NCBI GenBank assembly: GCA_964016885.1
Contig: OZ024745.1
Span: forward strand, 60,884,001 to 60,948,000
Length of the DNA: 64,000 nucleotides
Direction: 5' to 3'
Origin: Eledone cirrhosa
Taxonomy: Eukaryota
The position numbers and the translations under genes were made by a program. Position 1 is the stretch's first letter; each line of letters starts with the position of its first letter. The notes under the pieces were generated by a model that was not told where the DNA came from, did no database searches, and worked only from the letters and a program-made list of their open reading frames with translations. This document shows, one piece after another, positions 13,613-26,399 of this stretch.

Positions 13613-15284
13613 GATCTCCGGGAGAGATGACCCCTTAGCCCCGGGAGAGATGACCCCTTAGCCTTTGTCAAGGCACAATTCTAGGAGAAGGAAAACTCTG
13701 ATATAACACCTGCAACCCTAATGATATCCAATGATGTTGACTTGTTCTTCTTTTTGGTAAATATCATCTTGGTTAAGAGAGTGGGACTGGCTTTGTGCAG
13801 TGCCTTTGCTCACTATAAAAGCTTCACGGCACAAGCATTGCTTTATATCTGGAGATCTCTCTGCACTTCTCGTCACATGGTACCATGGGCCCAGCACTAT
13901 ATGTCAATAATTGTCACAAGTATAGTGTTTGTACCAGAGTTTTCAAGTCGCTAGCTGGACTAAAAAGTCACACTCGTTCAGCGCATCGGTAGGGGTTCTC
14001 CTACATGGATATAAAGTAGTGGCCGTACTCGAAAACGAGTTGGCAGCCACCATGTATGTATGTATGTTATGTCGGGTCACTCTTGAGTGCTACTGGTAAC
14101 ATGTAACCCAGTACAACCTGTCGCATGGTCGGTTCGTCGGCGACTAAACCGGCAACCCCACCAAGTTTATTTGGTGAGGAGGGTGATTTTGGACACCCTA
14201 AAGGACAAAAAACAAAACCTGACAAAGGGCAGAAGAACTCATAAGAATCAACGGCCATCCAAAAGTGTGTAAATATGTATATACACATGTACATATGTAT
14301 GTATATGTATGTGTATGTGCATGTGTATGTATATGCGCGGGGACATAGAAATAGTCGGGCTGGACACCCGATCGCACGGTTAAACCACTGGGAGTGAAGG
14401 ACCCCACGACTTTGTCAAGGCATTCTTCTAGAAGGCAACTCAAGAAACTGGGATAACTCCGATATAAAACCTGCGGCTCAGTAATTACCGGTAATGTTGA
14501 TATTTTCTTCTTTTCGGGTTATAGCTACTGTCGCTCAGAGAGTGGGACTGGCTCAGTGCACAGTCTTTCGTCACTTTAAAAAATATCTTCACGCAAGAGA
14601 GAATTAATTAATAATTATTAATAATGGTATATCGTGCAATGGCCATACTCGATAACGAGGAGGCAGCCATCATGTTTGTATGTATGTATGTAGAAATAAT
14701 CGGGCTGGATACCCGATCGCACGGTTAAACCAGTGGGAGTGAAGGACCCCAAGCCTTTGTCAGGGCATTCTTCTAGGAGAAGGCAACTCAGGAAACTGGG
14801 ATAACTCCGATATAAAACCTCAGTAGTTACCGATGATGTTGATCTTTTTTTCTTTTCTTCACTTAAAAAAAATCTTCACGCACAGGCATTGCACGATAAC
14901 ATTAATTGATAATTATTAATAATTGTTTCTACTTTTGGCAACAGGCCAGCAATTATCCCAGTGAATTACTGGTACTTTATTTTATCGACTCTGTAAGGAT
15001 GAAAGGCAAAGTTAACCTCGGCGGGATTTGAACTCAGATCATAAAGGGAGGTAACTCTATGCTGCAAAGCATGGCGCCCGACCCTCTACCGATACTGCCA
15101 ATCCACCGCCCTTGATAATTACTAATAATGTTATATCGTGCAATGACCATAATCGATAACAAGGGGGCAGCCATCAGGTATTGTTTAGCTCTAGTTTTCT
15201 TAACTATTGGAGCGCTTGCCAGCATTTCTACGATTTTGCGTTTCGTTTCCCTTTTTCTACCAGCCGAAATACGATTCTCGCTGA

Positions 15285-15384
<100 letters not shown>

Positions 15385-16699
15385 ATATATATAATGTTCC
15401 ATTTAAAAAATAATTATCGTTTTTTGTTGTTGTTTTTAATCGAAGACAACTAGTGAGGAAACGAGAACTAATTGGTAAATGTCTAAGAAATGTTAGCAAT
15501 ATGTTATAATCTATGGCCTTGTACTGGTTACCTAGTTATTATGTAAGTCTCTACTGATGGACACTGCAACAATTATTCTATAACATGAGCAGCTGTTATT
15601 TCCTCGACTCTACTAATCTTTATATGCAGCTGAGCACGTACACGTCAAATGAACTGTATTTCTCTTCTATGGCACATATTAACCGTGGGTTCTTTACTTT
15701 ATTTTACTTCCTTAGTTAAAATATATCATTCAGCTTGTCAAACTCTATGGCAGCCAATTTTTTCCCCGCTTTTTTTCTTTTCTTTCTTTCTTTTTTTTTT
15801 TTTGTTCCTTTATTTCAATCTTATCGTATGAAACCATTTTGCTGGTTTGAAAGCTGATGACGGTGAAGCTGTGTGTGCATAAATTTGTTTTGTACATCGC
15901 CTTTCTTTAATTCCTTCTTCCAGTCACTTCTGTGTGCCAGCATACTTCTCCTTGTCTTTCTCCTCTTTCAATCTTTTCTATATTTCATCTGTCTGTCACC
16001 CACCCTGTGGATTGTCACTCTATTTACCACTGGCCACTGGTCTTTGTCCGCTGAAGCATTTTTGCCCATCGCTGTCTTTGACAGTATTTAGCTGTTTTGT
16101 CGGCTGTTCTAGCGATGAGCTTTTTCCTTTCATCTTATGGGAACAGATGTTATAATACATGAAAATATAATACTGCAGACTGCCAAAGATAATTTTTTCT
16201 ATCTGGTACACTTAAGAGGAATTTTAATAATAATTAGAATAATTGTTTCGTCGCTGAGACGGCATTTAAGTCTTTGAAAACCTAGTTAAGAGTTGAAAGG
16301 TATTACGTAATGTGTAATCAATTGTTTTACCAACCTGTTTGAGAACTTTAACAATAGAAGTTGTGCGGGATAATATACATTGTGGCTCAACCACAACAAG
16401 GAATCGATTGAAACAAGAAGACTGCTGATGAAGCTACTTTAAAGATGTTGAACGATAGACAAGATATTCGATATGTACTAGAATTAACTTGAAATTACTT
16501 CATGCATTATACACATGGATTAAAGAAATTAAAACATAGACATGTGTGTATATGGAACACATTTATATATAAAATATATGGACTGTTCTTAATACTTGTT
16601 GATGTATATATTGGGTGACCAAAAGTGATAATAGTTAAGAATAAAGAAGCAGGAATTGTTAAAGCAAGAATATGATCTTGACAGGACTCCCACGATTTC

Positions 16700-17060
16700 T
16701 CATGAATCTTGGGTAATGGCCGAAAGAATACGATCGCGAATACAAGCGGCCGAAATCGGGTTCCTCTGAAGAGTCTTTGGAGTAACATTACTTGATAGAG
16801 TGCGTAGCTCGGAGTTCAGAGAGTCGTTCCAGGTAGAGCCGATACTTCTCCGAATTGAGAGATCACGGCTCCGATACTACGGGCATGCAATTAGAATGTC
16901 CCAGGAAAGAATTGCTGGACAGATTTTACGGGCAAAACAAACAGGCAGGAGACCCAGGGGTAGACCCTGAGCAAGATGGTTGGATAACATCCGTGAACTT
17001 GGCTGGTCTCGTTTGGGGATCCAGGAATGTTTGAGGTCTCTGCCCCCATGATCCAAGAAG
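16700..17060 (+). mobile_element. RTE (Expander/Rex3-like) LINE 3' fragment; copies at 31920-32335(-), 44830-45460(-) and 56790-57280(+)
   Basis: HESWVMAERIRSRIQAAEIGFL*RVFGVTLLDRVRSS...GRRPRGRP. Confidence 0.82.
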
Positions 17061-17094
17061 AAGAAGGAGGAGGAGGAGAAGGAAGAGAAGGGGG

Positions 17095-17280
17095 AATTGT
17101 TAAGCAGGTATTAAGAACTGTTTGCTTGAAGCTGTGTTCCAGAAACTCTAGTTTCTGACAATGCCAGTGAATTTCGTGTTAATGGCTGGTTTTCGTGACT
17201 TGATATGATCGGATATAAACTTATGAAAACGTTTTCCTATCACCCAGAAACAAATGTTATTTCTGATAGAACAGTAGCAA
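17095..17280 (+). mobile_element. Ty3/Gypsy integrase core fragment
   Basis: VPETLVSDNASEF...YHPETNVISDRTV corresponds to the SDNGxxF...YHPQSNGxxER motifs; contains an internal stop. Confidence 0.7.
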
Positions 17281-18310
17281 GATCTTCCAATTTATGAAGG
17301 TTACAAAAAAAAAAAAACTAATAAAAGAAGAAAAGAAAGGGGAAGACCCACAAGGGGCACTAGATTTTCCTTCTATATGGTCAAAACGAGAGCAAAAGAA
17401 AAGGAAAAAACAAAGAAAAAAAAACAAAAAAAAACCCACCACCAACTCAAGACCAAATGCGACAATCGGTCGCACAGCACATCACAAGGGTCAACGGAAA
17501 ATGTTAAAATATATTTACTGAGTAAAGTATTTAATACGTAGTAAATTAAAAGGGTAGTTCATAGATAACAATGATAATGAATTATATATAATTGTATAAT
17601 TTATTTACTCCATACCAACAAGAAGTAGACGTCTTTCGAGTTGAGGGTAGAATAATGCAATAATAATTATACATCACGTGGTTTGTAAATAAAAATTTGA
17701 AAAAGCACAAAATTTACTCTGAATGTTATTTTCGTATTTTACAAAGTCAGTTGAATAATTTCTTGAATCTTGGGTAATGACCGAAAGAATACAACCTTCT
17801 CGGGAATAAGTAGGCGAAGAAGAAGAAGAATTTAATAATTTGTGTTGTAGAAAGAAGCGTTCATTTGTATTTTCTTGGTTGTAGATTCAAATGTATGCAA
17901 GAAGAGAAACAGCCACCAATAAAAAGTAAAATCAGGTAACATACGTGTATTTAAACTATAGAAATCTGTTGAGGCTAGACCAGAGATGGGGAACCTGCAG
18001 CCTTTTGAAAGAATCAAAAGTTTCCAACAAATTTTAAATGTTCATTAATGTTTTTGTCTATCTTTTGTTATTTTAATTTAAACCATAAGATGAACGTATT
18101 TTAAATAGCAAAGAGTAAAAGAAAAACCCAACGAAATAATCCACATTGCCAGACAGCCAGAATTTAAAAAAGAAGACCATAAAGGCCATTTCAACACTTC
18201 CTACGCTCATGTTTTACTTCTAATACGATTCTAGAATGTACATTAAATCCATGATCGACTTCGTTTTTTAGATAATTAGTACATAGTAATTAGATTTTTA
18301 CAAAATAATG

Positions 18311-18740
18311 CTTCATTTCTCTCCCGTCGTCGCATAACTGCAGAGGATATGCGACAGCTGGAGAGAAATGAGGCAAGCATGATCCGTTAGATGTGTAATG
18401 TCAATGTGCATTGAATGACCAAGCATAGACGAGTTGAGAGAGAAACTGTATAAGAGGGATAAGTTGTACGGTGCGGGAGAGAAGACAGCGATGGTATGGA
18501 CATGTGATGCGCTGGGTAAAGAAGTGCCAAGAAATCCCAGTAGAAGGAAGACGCAGTAGAGGAAGACCACGAAAAACATGGGCGGAGGTGGTGAGAGCGG
18601 ACCTCAGATCGCTGAAGCTCACGGAGGAGATGACGAAGGACCGTGACAAGTGGAGAGATGATGTGTTGAATAGGACTCGTCCCACCCTTGTAAACAAGGA
18701 AAAGCTGACGTAAAATGATGACGATGAAGATGATGATGAA
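18311..18740 (+). mobile_element. RTE LINE 3' fragment with (GAT)n tail; related pieces at 30210-30480(-) and 37640-37990(-)
   Basis: ORF 18471..18713 reads RWYGHVMR...EGRRSRGRPRKTWAEVVRADL...DRDKWR. Confidence 0.85.
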
Positions 18741-18759
18741 TGTAGATTTTAAGAATATA

Positions 18760-19338
18760 CTAGCAGAATGGCCCGGCGTTGCTCGGGATTTGCTTTAGGG
18801 TTCTTATATATTTGATGTATATTTATCCTTATCGAGCCTCGTGAAATAAATACATTTGTTTATATGTTGTTATTGTGTATGCAAAAATATCTGTACACGA
18901 ATATATAATTATATATATATTAAAATAACAGATTAAAGTTTAAGCAAAGAATCGCTGCTTTCACCCTTAACGGGATCTTCTGAAACTAAAAAAATCAATC
19001 TGTGAACGCAGAAGTAAATATTTCGATATATATATATATACACACACAGCGTCATAATGTCGTAATGCAGACAGCCAAACATACAGACAGATATTATAAG
19101 GGCGCAACGTTATATCTATGTATCTATCTAAAAAGAAAGACTAAGAATTATAGAGAGAGATCTCTAAATCGCCTAATGCTGTCCCTAGGGCATTGAAAAT
19201 TTGAAATATTTTTTGCTCCAAACACTCACAAGACCATAAGTATTACATGTGTAAAGTTTGAAAACAATCTGTTGGGTGGTTCTCGAGTTTTAGGGAGTCA
19301 GACAGACAGACAGATATTCCCTGTTTTAGATATATAGA
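18760..19338 (-). mobile_element. Non-autonomous Helitron (complete)
   Basis: On the minus strand: A|TCTATATATCTAAAACAGGG...(TCTG)n ... 3' hairpin CCCGAGCAACGCCGGG and CTAG|T. Both TC/CTAG termini and the A|T target are present. Confidence 0.85.
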
Positions 19339-21701
19339 TAATATAATTTTAAGAATATATAATTATGGTTGAATGCAGCCTTATTTTATTAGAAGTAACT
19401 TCATGTAGCCTTACAACATAAAAAGACCCCACCTCTGGGCTAGACCAATCCAACCAAACAAGAAGAGAGATAGTGTGTGTGGCTGTGTGTGAAATAATAA
19501 AAGCCAGCTATTTTGGAAGTTGAGGAGATAAGTCGATTATATTAACTCCAACACATGACTGGTACTATATTTTACCCAAGAAGGATGACAGGCAAAGTTG
19601 ATTGAACCCGGGACAAACATATATATATATAAATATATTCATTAGTTAAGCAAAACAAGACCACAAATTTCACAAGGAAGACATTATTAAAAGATTGTCA
19701 ACATATTTTAGTTTAATGTCTTCCTTGTTAAATTTGTGGTCTTGTTTTGCTTAACTAATGAATATTTCCAGCTCTGCGCACCTAACTTCTGCATGAACCC
19801 AGCCACCTAGCTGCTTTCTACTGCATATTGCACATTGAGCACATGCCTTTACGCTTTGGCTTCTAACTAATTCACCAATCTCTCCTCTCATATCTCCTCT
19901 ACTATCTCCATCTCTCTCCTTAAGATTGGTTACTCTTGAACTGTATATATAAATATATATATATATATATAAACATATATATATATGTAAATATCTTTAA
20001 GTCGTTTGGAAGCCTCGACAATGCAAATGGGTAAATCTCCGGGTAACAAGGTCCGGTGGTGGAGAGAGAGATGTAAGTGGGTGTACGTTGAGATGCGTGG
20101 TGTGTATAAGATGTGTGAGATGTGTAGAATGAAAGGAAGAGTATAAAGGATAAAAATAAAAATAACAACACAAGAGAGAGTTACCTTGGGAGAGATTTCA
20201 TAGTCCCTATATATTTCGGATTCACATCCATCAACTGGGGTTTTTTTCCGGGGTGGGGGAAAAGGTTGTCTGTCGGACAAGTCCGGAACGCATCTTTCGC
20301 TGTTTGTTGATTTATATATATATATATATAAACATATATATATATATAACGAAGGAAATGTGGTAAGGAACCAGATGGACCATAACGCACCAAAGTACTC
20401 AATACTTAGAGTCCAGAATTAGCCGTCGAAACGGCTTGAGCTCAGCCGTCGGGGTCCTACTTGTTTCTATATATATATATATAACAAAAAGGGTGTGGTA
20501 AGATACCAGGTGGACCATAACGCACTAGAGTACTCAATACTTAGGGAAGTAGAGTGGGTAATATGAAAAGAGTCAGGACCCCAATGGCTGAGCTCTGGCC
20601 ATTTCGACAGCTAGTTTGGATCTAGCTGTCGTGTGTGTGTATATATATGTATATAGAGCAGTGATCTATTTATTTTGCAAGGTTTTTTTTACATGAAATT
20701 GTGTGTTAAAACAGATATTGTTATATTTGCGGAGGGTCATGCTGTCCTAATATTGCCAGAAGAAAATATAGTAAAACACACTCAGTTTGGTTTTATATAT
20801 ATATTAGAAAAAGGTGAAGGATATGAGAATATAATTATTCTATCATTTCTACACACGTTTCAATATTGAAACGTGTGTAGAAATGATATATAATAATTAT
20901 AATACCAAAGAAAATAGTTAAGTACTACACTATAATCACATATTTTATATATATATATATATATATGTATATACACATATATATGATAATTGTTTCTACT
21001 TTTGGCACAAGGCCAGCAATTATCTCAGTGCATTACTAGTACTTTATTTTATCGACCCTGTAAGGATGAAAGGCAAATTTGACCTCGGCAGGATTTGAAC
21101 TCAGAACATAAAGGGCCATAACTCTATGCAGCAAAAGCATGGCGTCCGACCCTCTACTGATACTGCCAATCCAGTGCCCTCATATATATATGATAATGCT
21201 GCTTAGCTTGTGGCAGCTGAATGAAAATCTGAAGTAACAAACAGAGAAAAGAGCTTGATTGTTTAAATAATCAAAACGGGGCTTACAGACTTTGAATCTC
21301 TGGCTAAAATGACATGTGAAAATTGGGAAACTAAAATTTCGACTGTATGAGGTTGCTACTAATATGCTAATTTGAGCCATATTCTTTTCAGTTATTGCAC
21401 AACTCCCTCCTCGAAAATAATTTTTAGTTCATCTCTTTTGATGGGGCAAACAAATGTGATCACCAATAATTTTGTATGAAACTGTATTTTCAGTTTAATA
21501 TTCCATCTATATATTTCACTGATAAATATTCAAATTCCATGAAGACATTTTTCAAGTATATGTGTGTTTGTGCCTCAGTGGTTCTGTGTTTATATGTGTG
21601 TGTGTTTGTCTGTGTTTCTGTGATTTGAGTTATTGGACAATCTCCCACTCAAAAATAATTTTTAGTTCATCGTCTTTGATGGGGCAAACAAATGTGATCA
21701 C

Positions 21702-21826
21702 TAGGGCAATTTTTTTTAGACCTTAAAATTTTTAGTATTTAGACCTTAATTTGCTATTTTTGATCAAAATAAGTTTTTTTTGCCATTTCTAGGCCATTTA
21801 AAACTTTTTAGCAAAATATTGCCCTA
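21702..21826. mobile_element. hAT-type MITE, 125 bp
   Basis: TIRs tagggcaat/attgcccta; 8-bp TSD gtgatcac/atgatcac; empty-site paralog at about 21440-21490. Confidence 0.82.
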
Positions 21827-23697
21827 ATGATCACCAATAATTTCTTGAATGAAAGTGTATTTTCAGTCTGATATTGAGGTAGAAATGATGAACCACAACA
21901 AACTAGATAGACATCTCAAGCAGGAAATAATTGTTTCTAACATAAGGCACAAGTCCAGCAATTTTGGAGTAAGCGAAAATCAATTATATTGATCCCAGTA
22001 TTTATCTGGTTCTATATCCCCTGCAACAACCCATCATACCACACCACACACCACACCACACCACACCCACATCTGGATGGATGAAAGGCAAAGAGTCAAA
22101 GTTGACCTTGCACTCAGAAAAATTACCGATTTTCCACACACCCACACCTCTGCTTATTCCACCCTCACGCCTTACTATTTCACATCCGAGAGTAAGCAAT
22201 AAAAATAAGACAACTGTAAAATGATAATAGTAATAATGATTTAATTTATTGGCCACAAGAGCCGACATGTAGGGGACAGTGGGGGTTTACAATAAAATTA
22301 AGTGAAAATGCACAATAACAAAACCCATTTAACAATGAAAAGAAATATAAGAATAATATATATATAAAAAATAACAAAAATAATAATTGTTTCTACTTTT
22401 GGCACAAGGCCAGCAATTACCCAATGCATTACTGGTACTTTATTCTATCGACTCCGTTGGCACAAGGCCAGCAATTACCCAGTGCATTACTAGTACTTTA
22501 TTTTATCGAATAATAATAATAATAATAATAATAATATTTTATTTTCTTTCCCAATCTACATCCAATGTAAGATCCAATTTAGTAAGAATGGGTGGTTCTG
22601 TCATCTTGGAACCACGTAAACCATAAAGGAATACCTGTGGCCTGGGGACATTGCTGGAACCATCTGTCTTTGTCTGGGTACTTTGATTTCTACAATGAGA
22701 AGACATCAAAATATATGAACATAAACAACAATATAATCACTGGATGGTACCCCCCACCCACACACACAAATGCATGTGCATATACACACACATACGCACA
22801 TCTACCCCTTCATACACACACACATACGCACATCCACCTCTTCACACACACACGCACATCCCCCCTCCCACCCCCACACACACAAACGCATGTGCATACT
22901 CGCATATACACACACACAAACCCAAATGATTGTGCATACCTCTATCTCTATGGCCCAAATTGGTCACAAATGACCATGGTTTTGCACCTAGAAAGTTTCC
23001 CTTGGAGGCACAAGCCTGGGCAAGGTTTGTTTTATGGAAGACCAGTAGTCACCCATGCATATCAGTCTCCCCTCTCCACACGACCAATGTTGTACAAGGG
23101 AAAGGCAATGACCGCTACAGCTTGGCACCAGTGACGTCGTAACTAATATATACATTATATATACACTACATACACACTATGTATAGACTGTATATTATAT
23201 ATACATCATATATGATGTTGTTCAAGGGAAAGGCCATGACCAATACAGCTTTGCACTAGTGACGTCACAACTCATTTCTACAGCTGAGTGAACTGGAGCA
23301 ACGTGAAATAAAGTGTCTTGCTCAAGGACAGAATACATCACCCAATCCAAGAATCGAACTCACAACCTCTCAAATGCAAGCCCAATGCTCTAACCACTAA
23401 GCCATGTGCCTTCATACACACACAAAGAAAAATGCATACACACACACAAATGCATATGCATACACACCCACACACAAACACAAATGCATGTATACACACA
23501 CATACACATATACACACACACATACAAACACATAAATACATTCTTCTTCTTCTTCGGCCGAGTTTACACTCGCAAAGATTCAGCACGCTTTCTCCAATCG
23601 TCCCGGTCGAGCAAAACATTTCTCAGTTCATCGATATTATCAATGTTGGCATCTCTCAGCAGGGTATCAATGAATGAGACGGCCTGTCTTACCACAC

Positions 23698-24897
23698 TTC
23701 TTCGTCTGACCGCCAGTTTCTAGAGCACAAGTTGTGATGCTAAATACATTCTGAACTGCTTAAAAAAATTGATCAAACTATTTTGATACAACTCAACTGT
23801 TCTCATCTCATGATCCCTACAGTGTCTCATTCCCATCCTTGACCTTATTCTAGAACTCCTTCCCAATCTAATTGTCCCAAATACACAACAACAACAACAC
23901 TAACATTTTCACCTTGGATTGTTACTTTGTTTTATAAACCTCCAAAAGAATAAAAGGCAAACTTAACTTCAGCATGGCTTGAACTTAGAGTGCAGAGAGC
24001 CATGACAAATACTCTAAAAAGTCTAAAGTCTGTCTGAAGCCAGAAGGCTTGCCAGACCAGTGCTTATCCCAGTTTCATGGCATGAATCGACTGAGAATAC
24101 AAGACTTCCCCCTGGACAGGACGCCAGTCCATCGCAGGGTTAAACCCCGAGCTATTGCTAGAACTCATTTTCAGCTGAGTATACTGGAGCAGCATGAAAT
24201 GAAGTGTTTTGCTCAAGAACACAACACACTACTCAGCCCAGGAATTGACATTATGATCATAAGTCCAACATACTTACCACTGGGCCACAAAGCACTTTTC
24301 TTCGTCTGACCGCCAGTTTCTAGAGCACAAGTTGTGATGCTAAATACATTCTGAACTGCTTAAAAAAATTGATCAAACTATTTTGATACAACTCAACTGT
24401 TCTCATCTCATGATCCCTACAGTGTCTCATTCCCATCCTTGACCTTATTCTAGAACTCCTTCCCAATCTAATTGTCCCAAATACACAACAACAACAACAC
24501 TAACATTTTCACCTTGGATTGTTACTTTGTTTTATAAACCTCCAAAAGAATAAAAGGCAAACTTAACTTCAGCATGGCTTGAACTTAGAGTGCAGAGAGC
24601 CATGACAAATACTCTAAAAAGTCTAAAGTCTGTCTGAAGCCAGAAGGCTTGCCAGACCAGTGCTTATCCCAGTTTCATGGCATGAATCGACTGAGAATAC
24701 AAGACTTCCCCCTGGACAGGACGCCAGTCCATCGCAGGGTTAAACCCCGAGCTATTGCTAGAACTCATTTTCAGCTGAGTATACTGGAGCAGCATGAAAT
24801 GAAGTGTTTTGCTCAAGAACACAACACACTACTCAGCCCAGGAATTGACATTATGATCATAAGTCCAACATACTTACCACTGAGCCACAAAGCACTT
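23698..24897. repeat. 600-bp direct tandem duplication
   Basis: 23698-24297 equals 24298-24897 with one visible substitution (24283 g vs 24883 a); duplicated ORFs at 24049 and 24649. Confidence 0.95.
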
Positions 24898-25930
24898 TTT
24901 TCTAATGCTCTAACAACTCTCAACTCTACCAATTTGCTTTTATAGGAACACATAGTGGTGACAAAAACAATATATATCATCACATCATCATCATCAGTTT
25001 AATGTCCATTTTTCAACACTAGCATGGGTTATGAACCCATATAAATATTGGTAAGTAACCCAGAAATTTTAACCAGCCAGCTATTTTAAATATATTCAAT
25101 TTAAAAGAGGATATTAGTTGCACGAAAATAGGAACTCTACCAATTTGCTGTTTGAAGAACACAATGTGGTAACAAAAACAATGTATATCTTGGTAAGTAA
25201 CCTAGATTTTAACCTTTCAGCTATTTTAAATATATTTAATTAATAAAGTATTAATTTAATTTAAAGAGGATATTAGTTGCATGTAAGTATAATTTTGGTT
25301 TGGAACTGGAATGGCTATTTCAAAGAGAACAATATCATGTAGAAAGCTCACTATTAAAATGCTTTCACTATTAGTTTTAAAAACTTAAGATATTCCTCCC
25401 AGCTATACAAATGATACAGAAGCTTGTTTATCTATTTATAAATATAATTCTACATGCTATGGCATCAAGTTCATTCTCTAAATATCATTGAAACTTAGTA
25501 TTATATTATTAGATTATCCGCTAAAAAAAAAAAAAAATCTGATGTAAACCAAGAACTCATAAGAAAATATATTTCTCTAACTATATGCAAGTAAAACATC
25601 TCCAGCATAGGTTTTATATGCAAAAAAATATATATGCTATGGCTTATTTTAATTTTAGTACTATGTGAGTAAATGTCACTGATGATGTGTAAAAAATCCT
25701 GAAACACTGGTGTCTGACATCCTCACATGGCTACTGAGATAACTGTGACATGATCACAGCTTAAAACTCACAGTGAGACATATATGTTTATTATATATAA
25801 ATACATCGTAATATGCCTAGATATATTATGGCTGAAAAGAAAGATAAGTTGATCACAGCTGGAATGACTTTGGTCATAGGCCTGCTTGATCAAAGCTGAT
25901 CTGGAGCTAAACAACAACATTATCTCTATC

Positions 25931-26059
25931 TCATTCTCTCTCACCAAAAGATACATTAAAACTACTATACTTTGGCATATAGGTTTGTGTAGTGACAATC
26001 CTTCGGAAATTGCTGATATCAGTTTGAACGGAGTGCGTGAGTTTATGACGTAAATTGGT
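25931..26059 (-). CDS. CFAP206: CFAP206 probable terminal exon (TNLRHKLTHSVQTDISNFRRIVTTQTYMPKYSSFNVSFGERE*)
   Basis: Acceptor ttacag; NLRxKxTHSVQTDxSxxRR motif; in-frame TGA at 25933-25931. A weak donor (AA|gtatag at 25970) could instead lead to an exon I did not find. Confidence 0.82.
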   Translation of the reverse strand, partial: TNLRHKLTHSVQTDISNFRRIVTTQTYMPKYSSFNVSFGERE

Positions 26060-26399
26060 CTGTAAAGAAAAAAAGGTTTTAATATAATGTTATTACTTTC
26101 TTGCATGTTAAAGGTTTCTGACAATATTAAAGCACTAACACTGATTTTCAAGTGAGTGGTATATACATACAACTCTGTAGAGAAAGACAGTTTAGTTAAT
26201 TAAATTGAACCCGTATATGACTGGTACTAATTTTATCATCTCCAAAAAGAATGAAAAATAAAGTTGATCCAGGTAATATTTGAACTCAGAATGTAAATTG
26301 ACAAAGCTAAATACTGTTAGTGTTTTAGTCTGGTGGTTTACTATTCCTTCTTGGCAGAGATGCTCTGGTAGAGAATGAGTCCCAGATGGCAAATAGTAA

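Noticed and set aside
14350-14430. HDV-like ribozyme at the 5' end of the RTE-derived element
   Set aside because: Plausible for the RTE clade, but I could not draw the nested double pseudoknot by eye.
17885-17935. Isolated plus-strand exon-like segment (tag|ATTCAAATG...ATCAG|gtaaca)
   Set aside because: No partner exons or recognisable peptide.
25645-25700. Alternative CFAP206 terminal exon after a tttcag acceptor
   Set aside because: The phase-compatible peptide (IFYTSSVTFTHIVLKLK*) has no similarity to the CFAP206 tail.
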